DNA of 63,970 nt, filler included, from Olpidium bornovanus S191 (GCA_017911155.1; 31 parts of 31 records of this genome joined end to end with filler, not necessarily neighbours in it), one strand, 5' to 3'; shown: positions 31,947 to 45,021, counted from the whole stretch's first letter. The notes: generated from the letters alone by a model not told the origin. Numbers and translations: made by a program.

Positions 31947-33799
31947 TTCCCCAATCCTTCTTGTTATCGAGCAGAATTAGCTCCGAACGAGGCCATTTGG
32001 AGACAGAAGTGGAAGAAAAATGTATGCAGCATATTCCTTTTTTTAGTGTAAACCCAGCAAGAAGAAAAGTCAAAGAAGAAAAGTCGTATGAAGCTAAAAC
32101 AAGATTGCAAGTTATGGTACAGGATTGGGAGTGGGTTGGTGGAGTTGGGATAGAGGAGCAATAAAGCAGGACGAGCAGATCCAAACGGGGTAAACTTTTG
32201 CAAGCGGTTCGCGCCCGTCTTCAGCAAAACTACGAGACTTTTTTGTTTTCGGTTTCTTCCATGNNNNNNNNNNNNNNNNNNNNNNNNNNNNNNNNNNNNN
32301 NNNNNNNTTAATTAATTAANNNNNNNNNNNNNNNNNNNNNNNNNNNNNNNNNNNNNNNNNNNNCATGCCCCGTCGACATCGTCTCCGTCGCAAAGCAACG
32401 TTTTGCACGCCGGTTTCTTGCCAGATGCGGACAGACTGCGCCTGCAATGTCTCGAGGTACGATATGACTCCTTCAAATTAATGCGCTCTGGTGCCATTGT
32501 TTAATGTCGCTCGCGAGGAACGCGGCTTTGCTACGACGGACGTTCGTGAAACTCACCCGTGCGGTCTTCTCGATACGGGCTTCTAGATGGTTCGCCCGGT
32601 CAGCAGGCACTGTTCACGCGGAGATGGGTGGGGGGGGCGGGGGGGGGGGCCACGCACATATCCCAAAGGCAATTGCAGCCCGCGTCAAGTTTTCCGGCAC
32701 GGCTGGCAGCAATCTTGACGACTCCTGCCCATCTTACACAGCAGCACAGCGCCCGTCCCGGGAGGGGTCGAGAGAGAAGTCGGCCAGCCGGGGAAGTGAG
32801 CGAGCGAGCGTGCCGAAAGCGGAGAAAACTAAGCACGTCATGAGCGGCAGATCCTGTCAAAGCCGGCGACGGCGAAGGCACGCCGTCGGGAGCGGCCTCG
32901 GTGTTCTCCCGTCGGCGTCTTTTGGCTTTATTTCGGCGGGAGCACGGCGCCCCCGTGACGTGCGGGGAGAGAGTCGCGCCGGTTATCCCGCGTTCCCGTC
33001 CGCAAATGACGCAAAAAAAAAAAACATTAAAATTGGGACGCCCGCGAATCTAGCTGCCGCGGCCAACACGTAGCCCCTCCGCCGCGCGTCGGCAGGGCGA
33101 GGCTTTTTGCTGAAGGCGCGTTTAATGCTGTTAGGAACCGTCTATCAGGGGAGGCGCTCTCTTCTCCCCCGCCTTCACCGGCGGATGTCCCGCGCCGCCC
33201 CCATTTGGTCGGGGAGGTCCTGGCTCGGCAGGAACACACCCCCGACCCGCCGACGAGGCTCCAACCTCGAGTGCGCCGGCGCCCGGAGGCGGCGGGCGCA
33301 GAGTTGCTTCCAAACGCGCGTTTCCGGGCCACAAGCGTCTAAGCTCTTCGTAGCGGAAGGCCGAGCACGGCTGGTTTTGCTCGACGGACTGGCAAACTGC
33401 GGCAGAATCGGTTGGAAAGAATTGGCCGCGAATTTCCCGCGGCAAAGTCTGCATGCGNNNNNNNNNNNNNNNNNNNNNNNNNNNNNNNNNNNNNNNNNNN
33501 NTTAATTAATTAANNNNNNNNNNNNNNNNNNNNNNNNNNNNNNNNNNNNNNNNNNNNGACCGTCCTTCGAAGTACGTAAACGCCCTACCGATCTCTATAA
33601 TAAATTAGCTACACATCGCAGAGCTCCGCTCCCTCAGAGATAGCGCCAGGGCTACCCCTGATCTTACACCTGATCATGATATGTCTTTCACACTCTCTCT
33701 CCGGGGAATTTCTTCTGAGTACAGGTTTTCCTTGGTACAACTTTTTTGGATTCACAACAGCAGTTGCGACACACGCCTTTAACTTTTCGAACTCGTTGG

Positions 33800-35160
33800 C
33801 TGGGGTGAAGTGATCAGTTTGGGGTAAAGTTAATACTATAAGTACTATTTTTGCATTTTTTTCAAAGGGCCCTTTTTCAAGATCCTGTAATTATTTCTGG
33901 CACCGCTTTGGCTTTCGTTGGTAGCACTCGTCGAGTATTATAAGTGTGCTGAGTTTTAAAATCTTCCACATTGATCCGTTTTGCGGGTGGCAAGTGATCA
34001 GGTTTGGGGTGAAGTGAATACTATTAGAACTATTTTCGCGTTTTCGAGTGCTGTGGTAGGGGGCACAGCAAAGGTTAGACGTAGAGGTAGTGCTGCCTGT
34101 CTTCTCAACACCCATTGTCTTGACACCGTACCTTAAATGCTTTTCCTCGAAGAGCCTGTTGAAACACTCTTCGACGGATTGACTGGTGACAACCGATGCG
34201 CTCTCTGTAATGCCCTTATCGCCCATACTGACTTTATTCCCATGTGCTCTCTGTAGCACCTGTAACGACTTCGCTTTGATGTGCCCATCGAAGCGCCCGC
34301 CTCGGTGGGCTGGACAGCATCCCCGAAGGGGGGGGGGTAAAGAAACCCGTTCCCCACGGGGAGTGCGCCCACAGGTGAATTCGCACTTCGCCCTCACCCG
34401 AAACACAACAAACACTCACTTTCCCTTTCCCGCCTTTGGCCGCCTCGCTTCGGCCGCTCGCTGAAGCGCCATCCGGTGCCCGCCGGTCGCGCCGCCTTCG
34501 GCCGCCCGCCACGCCACCTCCGACCGCCTCGCTCCCACCAAGCGCCATTCGGTGTCCGCCCGTCGCGCCCTCTTCGGCCGCCCACCGCGCCGCCTCCAAT
34601 CGCCTCGCTCCCGCGAAAACGCCATCAGGTGTCCGCCCGTCTCGCCCTTTTCGGCCACCTGCTGCGCCTCTTTCGGCTGCCCGCCGTGCCACCTCCAACT
34701 GCCTCGCTTCCGCCAAGTGCCATCCGGTGTCCGCCCGTCGCGCCGCCTTCGGCCACCTGCCGCACCCCCTCTGACCGACTTGCTCCCGCCGGGCGCCATC
34801 CGGTGTCCGCCCTCGCGCCACCTCCGGCCGCCCCGCTCCGCTCCGACTCCGAGTATGGACCTTACCAGCTGCGTTCTCAGCATCCTGTGATCGCATCTGG
34901 CAGCGTTTTGGCTCATTGGAAAGCCCGCATTAAGTACTATAAGTGTGCCAAGTTTTAAAATTTCACACTTCGGCCTTGCTTGCTGGTGGCAAGTGACCAG
35001 GCTTGGGTAGTAGTGAATACTATTGGTACTACACTCGCATTTTATTCGGGAGTGCATTCTCAGCATCCTGTGATCAGATCTGGCAGCGGTTTACTTCATT
35101 AGAAAGCCATTGCCAAGTGCTATAAGCATGCCGATTTTCAAAATCTTACTCATTGAACTG
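33800..35160. repeat. ~183-bp degenerate satellite interrupted by an ~816-bp insert
   Basis: TATAAG(T/C) anchors at 33939, 34938 and 35121; TTCTCAGCATCCTGTGATC at 34874 and 35057 (183 apart); AATACTAT at 33832, 34017 and 35016. Confidence 0.75.
34440..34845. repeat. GC-rich ~76-bp minisatellite, 5 units
   Basis: Core GCGCCATCCGGTGTCCGCC at 34466, 34542, 34619, 34717 and 34793 (spacing 76, 77, 98, 76). The intervening sequence is also similar between units. Confidence 0.88.
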
Positions 35161-36919
35161 GTTGGCTCGTGGCAGTGAGAGGGGGGGGGGACGGTGTGGG
35201 TCAAAATGTAACAGAGTTCTTTATTGACATACACCAACGGTGTGATCTGGATGACAATGATCTGAAAAGAAGTAAGTCCAGCTCGAGGTCACGTTTCTAG
35301 GTCTGGATCTGGGAACTACGTTCTTGCAGGAAGGGTTTTTTGTTCTAGAGTACAAGATCTGGGTGCTTTATATGAGCCAACGTCTGCAGTCTACGCCGCG
35401 CGGTGTGACGCCCCAGCATGTGCAGCGTGCGGCATGACACGCATGCGGTGCGGCATGGTGCCCACAGTGCACTGGAGCGTAATATCCAGTATTGCGGCTC
35501 AAGAACTGGTGTCGGGTTCAGAAATATTCTGAGCAGCACACTGTGTGGGAAATTCGTCGATATTGAGGCTTTTGCGCCACCACGCTTGTTTGCCACTGCG
35601 CTGGCTCACACTGCTAGACACACGGCGCGCAGAAGGATCACGTGCCCAGTTCTACTGGGCCACACCCAGTGTGGCTGGCGACCACACCTAGTGTGCCCGG
35701 CCTCGCCCCGTGCGGCCGTCGCCCGGTGCGCCCGCCCGGTGCGCCCGCCCGGTGCGCCCGGCGGCGGCGCCCGGTGCGCCCGGCAGCGCAAAAGCTGCTC
35801 GCCTTCAGCTCTCCCGCCCCCCCGCCAGGCCCACCAAAAACCAAAAAAAAAGAAAAACAAAAAACTCGGAACCCCCGCCCCGCCCCGCCCCGCCCCGTCC
35901 GTCACTTTTTCTCCTTTTAGCACGGTTTGAACATGGAGGCCGACTTTGAAACCACACCGCCAAACTCACAGGTACCTACCCAGGCCGGTTCCCGGCTCGT
36001 TCGAAAGGCGAGTCTAAAACCATTTGGTTAGGTCTTTCCCCGTCAAGCTGCAAGGGATGCAAGTCACGAAACGTGTTAGCGCGGTGAAAACCCGTGAAAT
36101 TCCGCGGTCAAAGCATGGTGGTCGCCATGGTCGCCATGGTCGCCCGACCGCGCAAGGAGGAAAGGAAGAAAGGAAGGTGCGGAGGGCGTTGCGGAGGGGC
36201 TTGAGGCTGGCCGACGCCATCCATGGTCGCGGGTTCGCGCGTGCCGTTATACCGATAATTTGGAAAATACATTAATTTCAACTATCGATCGTGCCAATTA
36301 TCGATCGTCAATTGTTAATTATCGATCATCAATTGTCAATTATCCAGCTCCCCCTCAATACTCTCTATTATGATAAACTAATGAAACTTAACGTACATTC
36401 GATATTCAGAAACATCGGCTCGCATGCGCTCACAGTTATTGAGCTTGCTAATAGAAACCCGTCTGATTACATCGCCACTGGGCGTCACGTGGCTCGCTGC
36501 TCCCNNNNNNNNNNNNNNNNNNNNNNNNNNNNNNNNNNNNNNNNNNNNTTAATTAATTAANNNNNNNNNNNNNNNNNNNNNNNNNNNNNNNNNNNNNNNN
36601 NNNNCATGGCTACCTAGTCTGTTTAGTATGGGACTTCCTTGGACCCTTTACTTTGGAGGCCAAAGAAAGGGAGCTATCCTTTCGCGTTGGTGCTGCATCT
36701 CGGAGCCAACGCCCCATCTCGCCGGGCGAAATGGAGCGTAAATATATGAGAGGTAAAAGAACTCAAAGAAACTAAAACGAATAGTAAAATATTGGCCTTT
36801 TACAGTCGCGCCAAATTGCCTTTTTCGCCCTCCCTTCGTATTATTACGTATGTTAAAAAATTAGTTAATGCCAGCAGACATATGTGCTCGTGAATAATGT
36901 CCTGACAGATCAGTTAGCA

Positions 36920-38256
36920 AGTATGGAGAAAGATTCATCGCACAAGGCTTTCGGCAAACCAAAGGCATTATTTATAACAAAACCATTCTATCCCGGTGGT
37001 GTCCGCGACTGCCATTCAAGTTATGTAGCCATCCCCACTGCTTAAGGATGGACAATGTGTCAAGGGGACGTAGTTCGGGCTTATCTTAACAGTTAGCTCG
37101 ACGGGACCCTCTACCTGGAGAAGCCTACCGGATTATTCACTGAGCATGCCTACTCTAAAGGGGGCTGTAGGGACTCAAGCAAGTTAGAGGAGTCTAGAAC
37201 ATCAGGTTGCATAAGCAGCTCCTCAAATTTGAATTGGCCCAGCTCCCGTCCGAACCATGCGTCTATGGATTCCCGGACAAGTGCGGCAGGCCCAGATTAA
37301 TCGTGGTAATCTACGTCGACAACATCGTATGCACGGGACAGGATGAGGCACTCATGGTGCGCATGGAGGAATATTTAGCCCAAATATTCAAATAAACAGA
37401 TGGGCGGAACTCTCCTTTATCCTCGGCGTCAGAATCACCAAGGTCAACAGCGGATGCACCATGGGCCAAGGGCATTGCACGCGCCATTTGTGTGAATGCT
37501 TCAACATGATGGAAGCAAACCGACTGCAACGCCGCTGGAGGGAATGTCCGTAGAGAAACGCTCTGCAATTGAAAACGACGCAACCAATGACAAGGGATTA
37601 GGAAATACATCAAAGCGGAGGGAGCAATCATGTGGCTAGCAACCATGATGCAATCTGATGTCACATTCGCGGCACCATTTCTTGGCGTGGTTCATGGCCT
37701 CCCTGACAGATCGACATTGGGACTAAGCCAAGAAGGTCCTACAGTACCTGCGAGGAACCATGGACCACGGAATCTACTTTGCTGGGGGCGGGGCCAATGC
37801 CGAGATTACTGCGTTTTGTGATGCAGATTGAACAGGTTGTCGCCCGACAGGCCTCAACCAGTCGTCTACTCGTCATGTGCCCAAACCAGGCCCATATCCT
37901 GGAGGTCAAGCCGTCAAATCTGCGTCGCTATGCCATCGTGCGAAGCGAAATTGTCGCAGGGTCAGCCGGCGCCCAGAAAATCAAATGGCTGCAATCGATC
38001 CTAACCACTCTAGACCTATCGTCGACGCGGAGCCAACCGCACTTTGAATCGATAACAATGGTGCAGCCGAATTGGCCGGCGACGCCAAGGCTTCCAGGCG
38101 GTCGAAGCATATTGATATCAAGTACCACCATATGAGATGGAGCATAGCCAAAGGTACTACCGAGAATCCTGTCAAGAGAATCCTGTCAAGAGACAACCTT
38201 GCAGGCATTCTCATTAAGCCATTAGAAGTTCACAAAATTTCGTGAGTGAGGAGGGG
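36920..38256 (+). mobile_element. Decayed Ty1/copia RT-RNase H with polypurine tract
   Basis: RFIAQGFRQTKG (KARLVAxGF motif), SEPCVY, IYVDNIV at 37312 (YVDD mutated), FCDAD, SKHIDIKYH and DNLAGILIKPL, spread over several frameshifts and stops. PPT GAGGAGGGG at 38248-38256. Confidence 0.9.
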
Positions 38257-38407
38257 TGTAGAGAAAACCAAAGGGGGGGAAGGGGGAGGCTGAGAGACGC
38301 GGACGCACTGCGCGCGCCAGCCCACGTCGCCGCTTTACAGAGAGTCCGAACGAGATCCCCACGTGGAATAGCCCCGGGGCACGCAGCGAAGCAACGCTCA
38401 GAATACA
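38257..38407 (+). mobile_element. Putative 3' LTR of the copia relic
   Basis: Begins TGTAGAG immediately after the PPT. The CA end at GAATACA (38407) is a guess; there is no second copy to confirm it. Confidence 0.5.
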
Positions 38408-38595
38408 GCTCCTGTTTCGCCACCTTTTTACCGGGTTGCCGGTCGCCAGCCGCTGGGCGTCAGTCGCAAATCCCTTTCCCCAGATCGTCAAACGCGCGAA
38501 CCGAGAGCGCACCCCAGGAGCCGTGCCATTGCAAGTTTTCTGCGCGTCGGGATAGGGCAAAGAGCGGAGAAGGGGGAGGGGAGCCTGGTTCTTCT

Positions 38596-41289
38596 ATGTC
38601 CGCGGCAAACGCGTTCTTCGAGAAGCGGCGGTCTCGCCTATCGTCGTCGTCCCTCGCGCCTGACTGGGCGACCTCCCCGTCGACGCCTTTCTTCGACGAT
38701 CCCGGCCCGTCCGGCGGCGGCAGGACGCCTGTCGGCACCGCCGGCACGGAAAGAGCGAAACCCTGGGAAGATGCCTCGGGCCGCGTGGGCGGCGCGCTCG
38801 AATCGAACGAGACCCGCCGGCAGGCTGAGAACTACAACGGCAGCCAGGACGGGATCTCTTTCCGGAGCGGGCTCGCGCTCGTGATCGGCGTCATAATAGG
38901 TAGCGGAATATTTGTCAGTACTCGCCGCTTCAAAACATCCGGCAGAAAAACGGAGAATTTCTGAGAACAAGAGCGCTGATTTTTTTTTTGCCGGAACATC
39001 ACGGTTGCTAAAATTCGCAGAGGCTAAAATGCGGGCTTTTCCTTCCTCCACCTGCAGGCCTCGCCAGGTCCGATGTTGAATCTATCTCGTAGCATCGGAA
39101 TAGCCTTCCTGCTGTGGCTAGCGTCAGGTACGTGACGTTTGTAACGAAACCTCGCCCCCAGCCGGTATTTCCCATTTTAAAATGCTCCCGATTTTGACGT
39201 GACGCGGACGTTCTAGGTGCTGCGGCTCTCATCGGTCAGTCTTGATCAATTTCTCTCGACATCGGAAGCGCGTCTTCTGTTTACAAATCATATTCAATCC
39301 GCAGGCTCGCTCTGCTATGCCGAACTTGGGACTACGTTGCCTCAAAGTGGAGGCGAACACGCCTACCTCCTCCACGCATATGGGAAGCTGCCGGCTTTCC
39401 TCTTCACTTGGACGGCCGTCTTTGTAATTAGGGTCAGTGTTCTGGTGCGCTTTTGTCGCCGCGGTACCAACGGCCCTCCCCCCTCTCCCCCCTTCCTAAC
39501 ACCCCAACCCCATAATCCTCGGGGCGACTTGTCGGATGCCGTGGGCGGTAATACCATATTTGACTTGCATCAGCCGGGCTCCGCCGCGATCATAGCAGGC
39601 GTGTTCGGCGAGTACACCGCCTGCCTGGTTTGGGCGGCGGCGCGAGGAACTGCGGCAGACGGCCCGGTCTCTCCGGCGGCGTCGCCGGCGACGACGGCGG
39701 CCAATCTGACGGCCGGGGCCTACCCTGCCTCACAGGCGCCCGATGCCGATGTCCCACCGTGGATCGCAAAAGTGATAGCGCTCGGCAGCATAATTCTCGT
39801 CTCTGTCCTCCAAGCCATGAGCACCCGTCTCGCGACCATGGCTCAGGACTTCCTGACGATGCTCAAGCTCCTCGCAATCGGCGTCATCGCCGCCGTGGGT
39901 TTGGTTCACCTCGGCCGCCGCGGCCGCGTGGTCGAAGAGAATTTCCGGGGTGACCTGTTCAGCCCTAAAATCAAGCAGTGGGAAGGCGTGCCCGAACAGC
40001 CCACCTTTGGGAATCTAGTCATTGCTTTCTGTTCCGGCAAGTGGCGTCGTGTAAATATTGTGACGTCGTCTTAACGTCTGAACCCCCCGGGGCAATGCTC
40101 AAACAGCACCGCGTCGACCGAACTTCTTAGGTCTGTGGGCATTTGACGGCTGGAACAATGCAAACTCCGTCGCCGGAGAACTGCGGAATCCTTCTGTTTG
40201 TCTGCCACGGATTCTGTGGATTGCCATCCCAGCGGTCACACTGTGCTACCTCTTTACGAATTTGTCTTACTTCGCGGTTCTGCCTTTGGAGGTGATCGCG
40301 AAGTCGCCGAACGTTGCTCTGGCAAGTTAAAGAGGAAGCTCGAAACTTTCAAGGCGGCGTCAACTGTCCTTTTTCATCCGTACCTCTCTGATCTAATTCA
40401 TCGTCGGCGCCCGGCAGGATTTTGGTCGAGCGTCGTTCGGCCGATCCGGGGAGGTCGCGATTTCGGTCTGCGTTTCGCTGTCTACTCTGGGAGCGCTTTC
40501 CGGAACGCTGTTCACCGCCTCCCGCATTTGCCGGGCAGCCGCTCTGTGCGGCGAACTTCCGCCGATATTCACGGCGCTGCACCTCCGCTGGCAGACTCCC
40601 ACCGCGGCGACAATCCTCCAGGCGGTGCTGGCTGGAGCGCTGGTTACCGCCGGTAACTTCGGAACACTCGTCGCAGCATTCTCGGCGGTCACCTGGACAT
40701 TTTACGGCGTCGCGGTAACGGCGGTGTTGATATTAAGGAATCGCAGGGAATCTAAGGAGCAGATGCACTTCAGAGTGAGTCGAAACAGCCCTTTGATTAT
40801 AAAGAAAGAGTCGAGAGTGTAGCTGCTGTAGCATCGGGGCGTCGGGCCTTCCCCGAGGCATGCCCAAACGTCGACGTGCGGTTTATTCATCACATCCCAG
40901 CGTCAAATCTTCCTTGAGCCTTCCCTCCGCTCATTGTAGCTTACCGTTTTGACACAAAAAAGGTCTGGACGCCCCTGGTGTACGCGTTTCTAGGGGTGTC
41001 CGCCACGGTCGTCCTCGTGTCCGTCTACCAAGAGCCCTGGAGCGCCGGAATGGGCATGGTTTTCCTAATTGCCGGCGTTCCGGCGTACTACGCTTTCCGG
41101 CGCGCGCAGTGGAGCGGCGGCGCCGACGACGGCACCGCGGAAAGGACAGGAGCGAGAAGTGGTCGCCCGCGCGGGCGGGGGGGTTACTCCCGCGCTCCGT
41201 CCGGTCCGTCGGTCCTTTGGGACGACGATATCGAGATGGACAGCGTCGCCTCCGTCTCTTCCGTGGAGGTAGCGCCGGCTTGTAACTGA
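38596..41289 (+). CDS. APC-family L-type amino acid transporter (LAT/Mup1-like), apparently complete
   Basis: Eight exons (38596-38913, 39058-39127, 39217-39234, 39305-39432, 39574-40036, 40131-40321, 40418-40774, 40963-41289) give IGVIIGSGIFASPG, LCYAELGTTLPQSGGEHAY, GLWAFDGWNN, ELRNP..LPR, SRICRAAA..GELP and GVPAYY. Confidence 0.93.
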
Positions 41290-43699
41290 TTCAGAAATGA
41301 ATCTTTTACCGGGGGGGGGTTGGGGATGGGGAAATAAAGGATTATGGGAACTCGAATCAAAAACAACAGCGAGTATTGTAATCCTTTACGCGCTCGCACG
41401 TCTGAGGGCCGCCTGGGTCAACGGCTTTTTTTTTTCTTTGCAGAAAGAAACTCACAAACGACTAATCCTGCGGTTTTTACTGCGGCCCCGCCCAGCGAAG
41501 CAAAAAAAAAAAAAAAAACAAAACGAAAAAAAAAAAAAAGAAAAAGAAAACACGTCATTTTTGTGAATGGGTTTGACGGGGCAACGTCCGTTGGGGACGG
41601 AAAAGTTTTCCCGCGTGTTTTTGGTTTAGTAATAAGGGGAACGGCGAACGAAGTTCCTGCTAACAACACTCCTGTGGAGCGGAACATGCTCTTCAAGCTG
41701 ATTGATCTACAATTGCAAGACAGTCAGCAATGTGCCGTAGGCAGCCGTGAGGGACGTACACACTCGTTTTTTCGACGGGAAAACCAGTCATAATCTCAAG
41801 AGCTAAGAGTGCAGGACATCGACGACACATGATCAATTTTGCCATCCGGTGCCGCAAATTTGAGTGCTCTCCCGAAGGAAAAGAGCGTGTTATGCTCCTG
41901 TAAGGTAGCGCTTCATAAGGAGCCTGTTGCGCATTTACTCGAACGAAGGGTCGAGCAAATATGATCGAAAGTGACGCGGAATTATAATATGTTTTCGTTC
42001 TTCATCTGTCACCACGGTCAATCTTTTTGACCGACGACTTCAGATTCCGTTTCGGATGAAGCTTTCCTTTGAAAACGTCCGTCAGTCCCCCAGCAATCAA
42101 TAAAGAAAACGACGGTGATCAGATAGCAAAACTGAGTCGCATTCATGGNNNNNNNNNNNNNNNNNNNNNNNNNNNNNNNNNNNNNNNNNNNNTTAATTAA
42201 TTAANNNNNNNNNNNNNNNNNNNNNNNNNNNNNNNNNNNNNNNNNNNNCACCTCGCCTCCTCCCGCCGTCCGAGCTTTTTCTGCATGCATTCGCATTTCA
42301 GGTTTTCATCAATCTGGGCCGACACCGCCGCCCGTCAAATTCTTGGCCTGTTTTCAAATGCGGTTCATGTTGGGCGGGAAGCATAGGTTTCCCTGAGTAA
42401 ACCCGGCTAGTTTTAGCGGCTACTTGAACCTCGCGTATAATTGTAGACAGCATTTTTTCAAAATTCGTTTTTTTCCCCCTATGTTCGCCGTTGACCTATT
42501 CCGACTCGCGCCGCAGCGCCCTCAAACCCCGCACACTGTGCTTGATCCCGCGCAAAAGTCGGCAAAACGCGCCTCTCCCACTTCCTCACTTTACCACCAG
42601 GTGTTGGACAACGGCAAGCCTGTAGTGTAGTGCATCCGCCGTCGCAGGAGTTTTGGGATACTCGCGGATCCTGGCACGGACGGAATCTGTAAACATCTTA
42701 TTTACGTCGTAACGTGGACTGCGCCTGGCCGGAAGTTTCTGAACCTTCGGAAAGCTGCCGGCCACACCCCGTAACGCGCGGTATGGCACCGTATGTCGGG
42801 TACACGAACGGCTAACATTAGTGTTGGATGTCGCTTATATGGCTGCGCTTGGCGGCCCTCGAAGTGGGCCCGCCCGGCCATTATTCGTAGGCCTGCAAAC
42901 ACTTACCATTTTGCAATGGCGCTCCTGGTACTACTCTTTTGTGCCATACGTTCTGTTGATAGTTTTGCGGAACTCTAACCGGATAAGGATAAGGATAGGT
43001 TATCCTAGATCCGGTTTTTTTTTTTTTTTTTTTTTGTTTACCTCTGTGTCCCGCGTCAGACGGCGAACCGAGCGACCTTCCCTCCGAGACCCCGCGCGTC
43101 CGGGAAACAAAAGCGGATAACACGGCCGCCCTTTGGGGCGGTTCAGGAAAAGTCTTCTTTCTGAAAGTCTCCGCGCCGCGCCGCTGAGAGCGACAGGAGG
43201 GAGAGGGGAAGAGAGAAAAGAGAGAGAAAGCGAGAGAGAGAGTACTACCAAACTCAAAAACACTCCTCAGCGTGGAGGGGGAGGTGCGGGGGAAGGAGGG
43301 AAGAGGATGTGACTCGCACTTCTGTTTCCCCCCTCCGTTTGGCGGAAGCCGTGAACAGGAAAGAAATAAAAGGGAAGAAAATAAATTAAAAAAATGAACG
43401 AGACAGCCCAAAAAAAAAAATTAGAAAAAAAAACGTAAAAAGGAGGGATTGAGACTGTCCGTAGGAGGGAAGGGAGGGGAACCCACGAAAGACGGGCCAA
43501 AAAAAACACATCGAAAGTTTGGGAAAGAGTAGGGAGCGGCAAAACGCTGGGGTAGAAATGGACACCGACCTCAATCGATAACGTTCAAAAAAATTAGTCC
43601 CCCTCCCTTTTCCGGAACGTCACAAAGATACGCCAATATCAAGACGCTGAGGCAAAAACGAATGTCGCTCGAGTCTCGAATTGGCAGGTTATGGAATCT

Positions 43700-44224
43700 T
43701 CAGGCCAGAGCCGTCAGCGAAGCGGCCATCAGCGACTTAATCGTTTCCGAAGTGAACCCGTCCGTTGCGCGCACTGTCAGCCGGAACATCTTTCCGCGCC
43801 AAACATTATGATTGAAGAACCACTCTAATCGTTAGACTCCGGAAACCGCACACCTCCTTCGACCCCTCTTCGCATCCCACGCCGGGAGCAGAGCCCTCGG
43901 GAGGGCGAGAGCGACCCCCCGCCCACCACCACCACCACCCCGCTTCGTTTCCCCGGCAAAATTCAGAGGCCGCCCCTTCCAGGCAACCCCCCCCCCACCC
44001 CACTCCCCGCAAAATTCCTTTTCTTTTTTTTCCCCACCCTCTTTCTCACCTTTTGCTCAAAGTTCGGCTCTAACCGGAGAAGGCATCCAATCTTCCCGCT
44101 AGACGTGTTGAGGATACTGGCGCCGACGATGTTGTTGGGATTGGGGTCCAACCCGTCGAGAATGCTAAACCTAAAGCCGGAGACCAGCTTCTTGACGGCG
44201 GGGAGGGCGGCTTGGCTGGCGGAG
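43700..44224 (-). CDS. APL3: AP-2 adaptor complex alpha subunit, C-terminal platform domain
   Basis: Exons 44224-44050 (ILDGLDPNPNNIVGASILNTSSGKIGCLLRLEPNFEQK) and 43789-43700 (MFRLTVRATD..stop). Confidence 0.85.
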
Positions 44225-44324
44225 NNNNNNNNNNNNNNNNNNNNNNNNNNNNNNNNNNNNNNNNNNNNTTAATTAATTAANNNNNNNNNNNNNNNNNNNN
44301 NNNNNNNNNNNNNNNNNNNNNNNN

Positions 44325-44785
44325 ATGTCACGGATCGCAAGTCTCTTACCGGATATGTTTTGTTTTTTGCTGGAACGCCAATTGTTTGGAAGTCAATGAA
44401 GCAATCATGCGTTACCCTATTGTCAACAGAGGCTGAGCTCGTAGCCGCCTCCGCGGCCACTCAGGAAATTTTGTGGAGTCGGTCACTTCTCAACGACATC
44501 CTGCGTCAAGACTTCCCTGCGACTATTCTTATCGTCGACAACCAAGGGGCAGTGGAGTTGGCTACTAGCGATAGGAAGATCAGCTCGCGCTCCAAACATA
44601 TTGCTGTTCGTCACTTCTTCGTTCGCGGGCAAGTCGAAGACGGCGTTGTTCGCGTACTTCCAGTCGACACCTCGGCCAACACAGCCGACATCTTTACAAA
44701 TGGTTTACCGAAACCTCGCTTTCTGCAATGCGTGGAAGAACTTGGTCTGTTTCCTCCTCCCACCGTTCCCCAGCATGTACCCTAG
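44325..44785 (+). mobile_element. Ty1/copia RNase H (end of pol), intact frame
   Basis: DRKSLTGY..IVWKSMKQSCVTLLSTEAE..DNQGA..RSKHIAVRHFFVR..NTADIFTNGL. Confidence 0.95.
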
Positions 44786-44814
44786 TTTAGCGATAGACGA
44801 GTCCCTCATCAATC

Positions 44815-45021
44815 GAGGAGGGGTGTTGGGATTTACCGAGTGGGGTTACGCGTACCGGGATCGGAACCCCTGAATGTTTGTATATGTAGTATAGTTTTCC
44901 TCCTTTTCTCAATAAACGCGTTTGCCTCAACGACGAGAAAACCAAACAGTTTGTTCCACACACGTAAAAAAAACCCTTAAAGAGAAATTCAACGGGACGG
45001 TTCACAAGAGGTTATGAGCCC
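44815..45021 (+). mobile_element. PPT + LTR + Ty5/copia-type primer binding site
   Basis: PPT GAGGAGGGG at 44815-44823; LTR starts TGTTGGG at 44824, has AATAAA at 44911 and ends about 45006-45009; GGTTATGAGCCC at 45010-45021 is complementary to the tRNA-iMet anticodon stem-loop. Confidence 0.75.

Noticed and set aside
33891-34415. Minus-strand ORF with faint pogo/CENP-B-like HIKAKSLQVL..CFNRLFEEKHLRY
   Set aside because: The similarity is too weak (the GW motif is absent) and there is no DDE domain or TIR.
34440-34845. Regularly spaced 19-bp core resembling a CRISPR array
   Set aside because: The sequences between cores are homologous to each other rather than unique spacers, there are no cas genes, and the host is eukaryotic. 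It is a minisatellite.
35207-35620. Possible solo LTR on the minus strand (TGTAACA..., AATAAAG near the end)
   Set aside because: The far boundary is ambiguous and no target-site duplication was found.
36340-36504. Copia-like PPT (TTGAGGGGGAG on the minus strand) and a 21-bp AATTATCGATC duplication nearby
   Set aside because: No TG-initiated LTR follows and no recognisable RNase H lies upstream.
42660-42720. CKHLIYV, resembling the end of a SWIM zinc finger
   Set aside because: The upstream CxC is missing and the frame is short.
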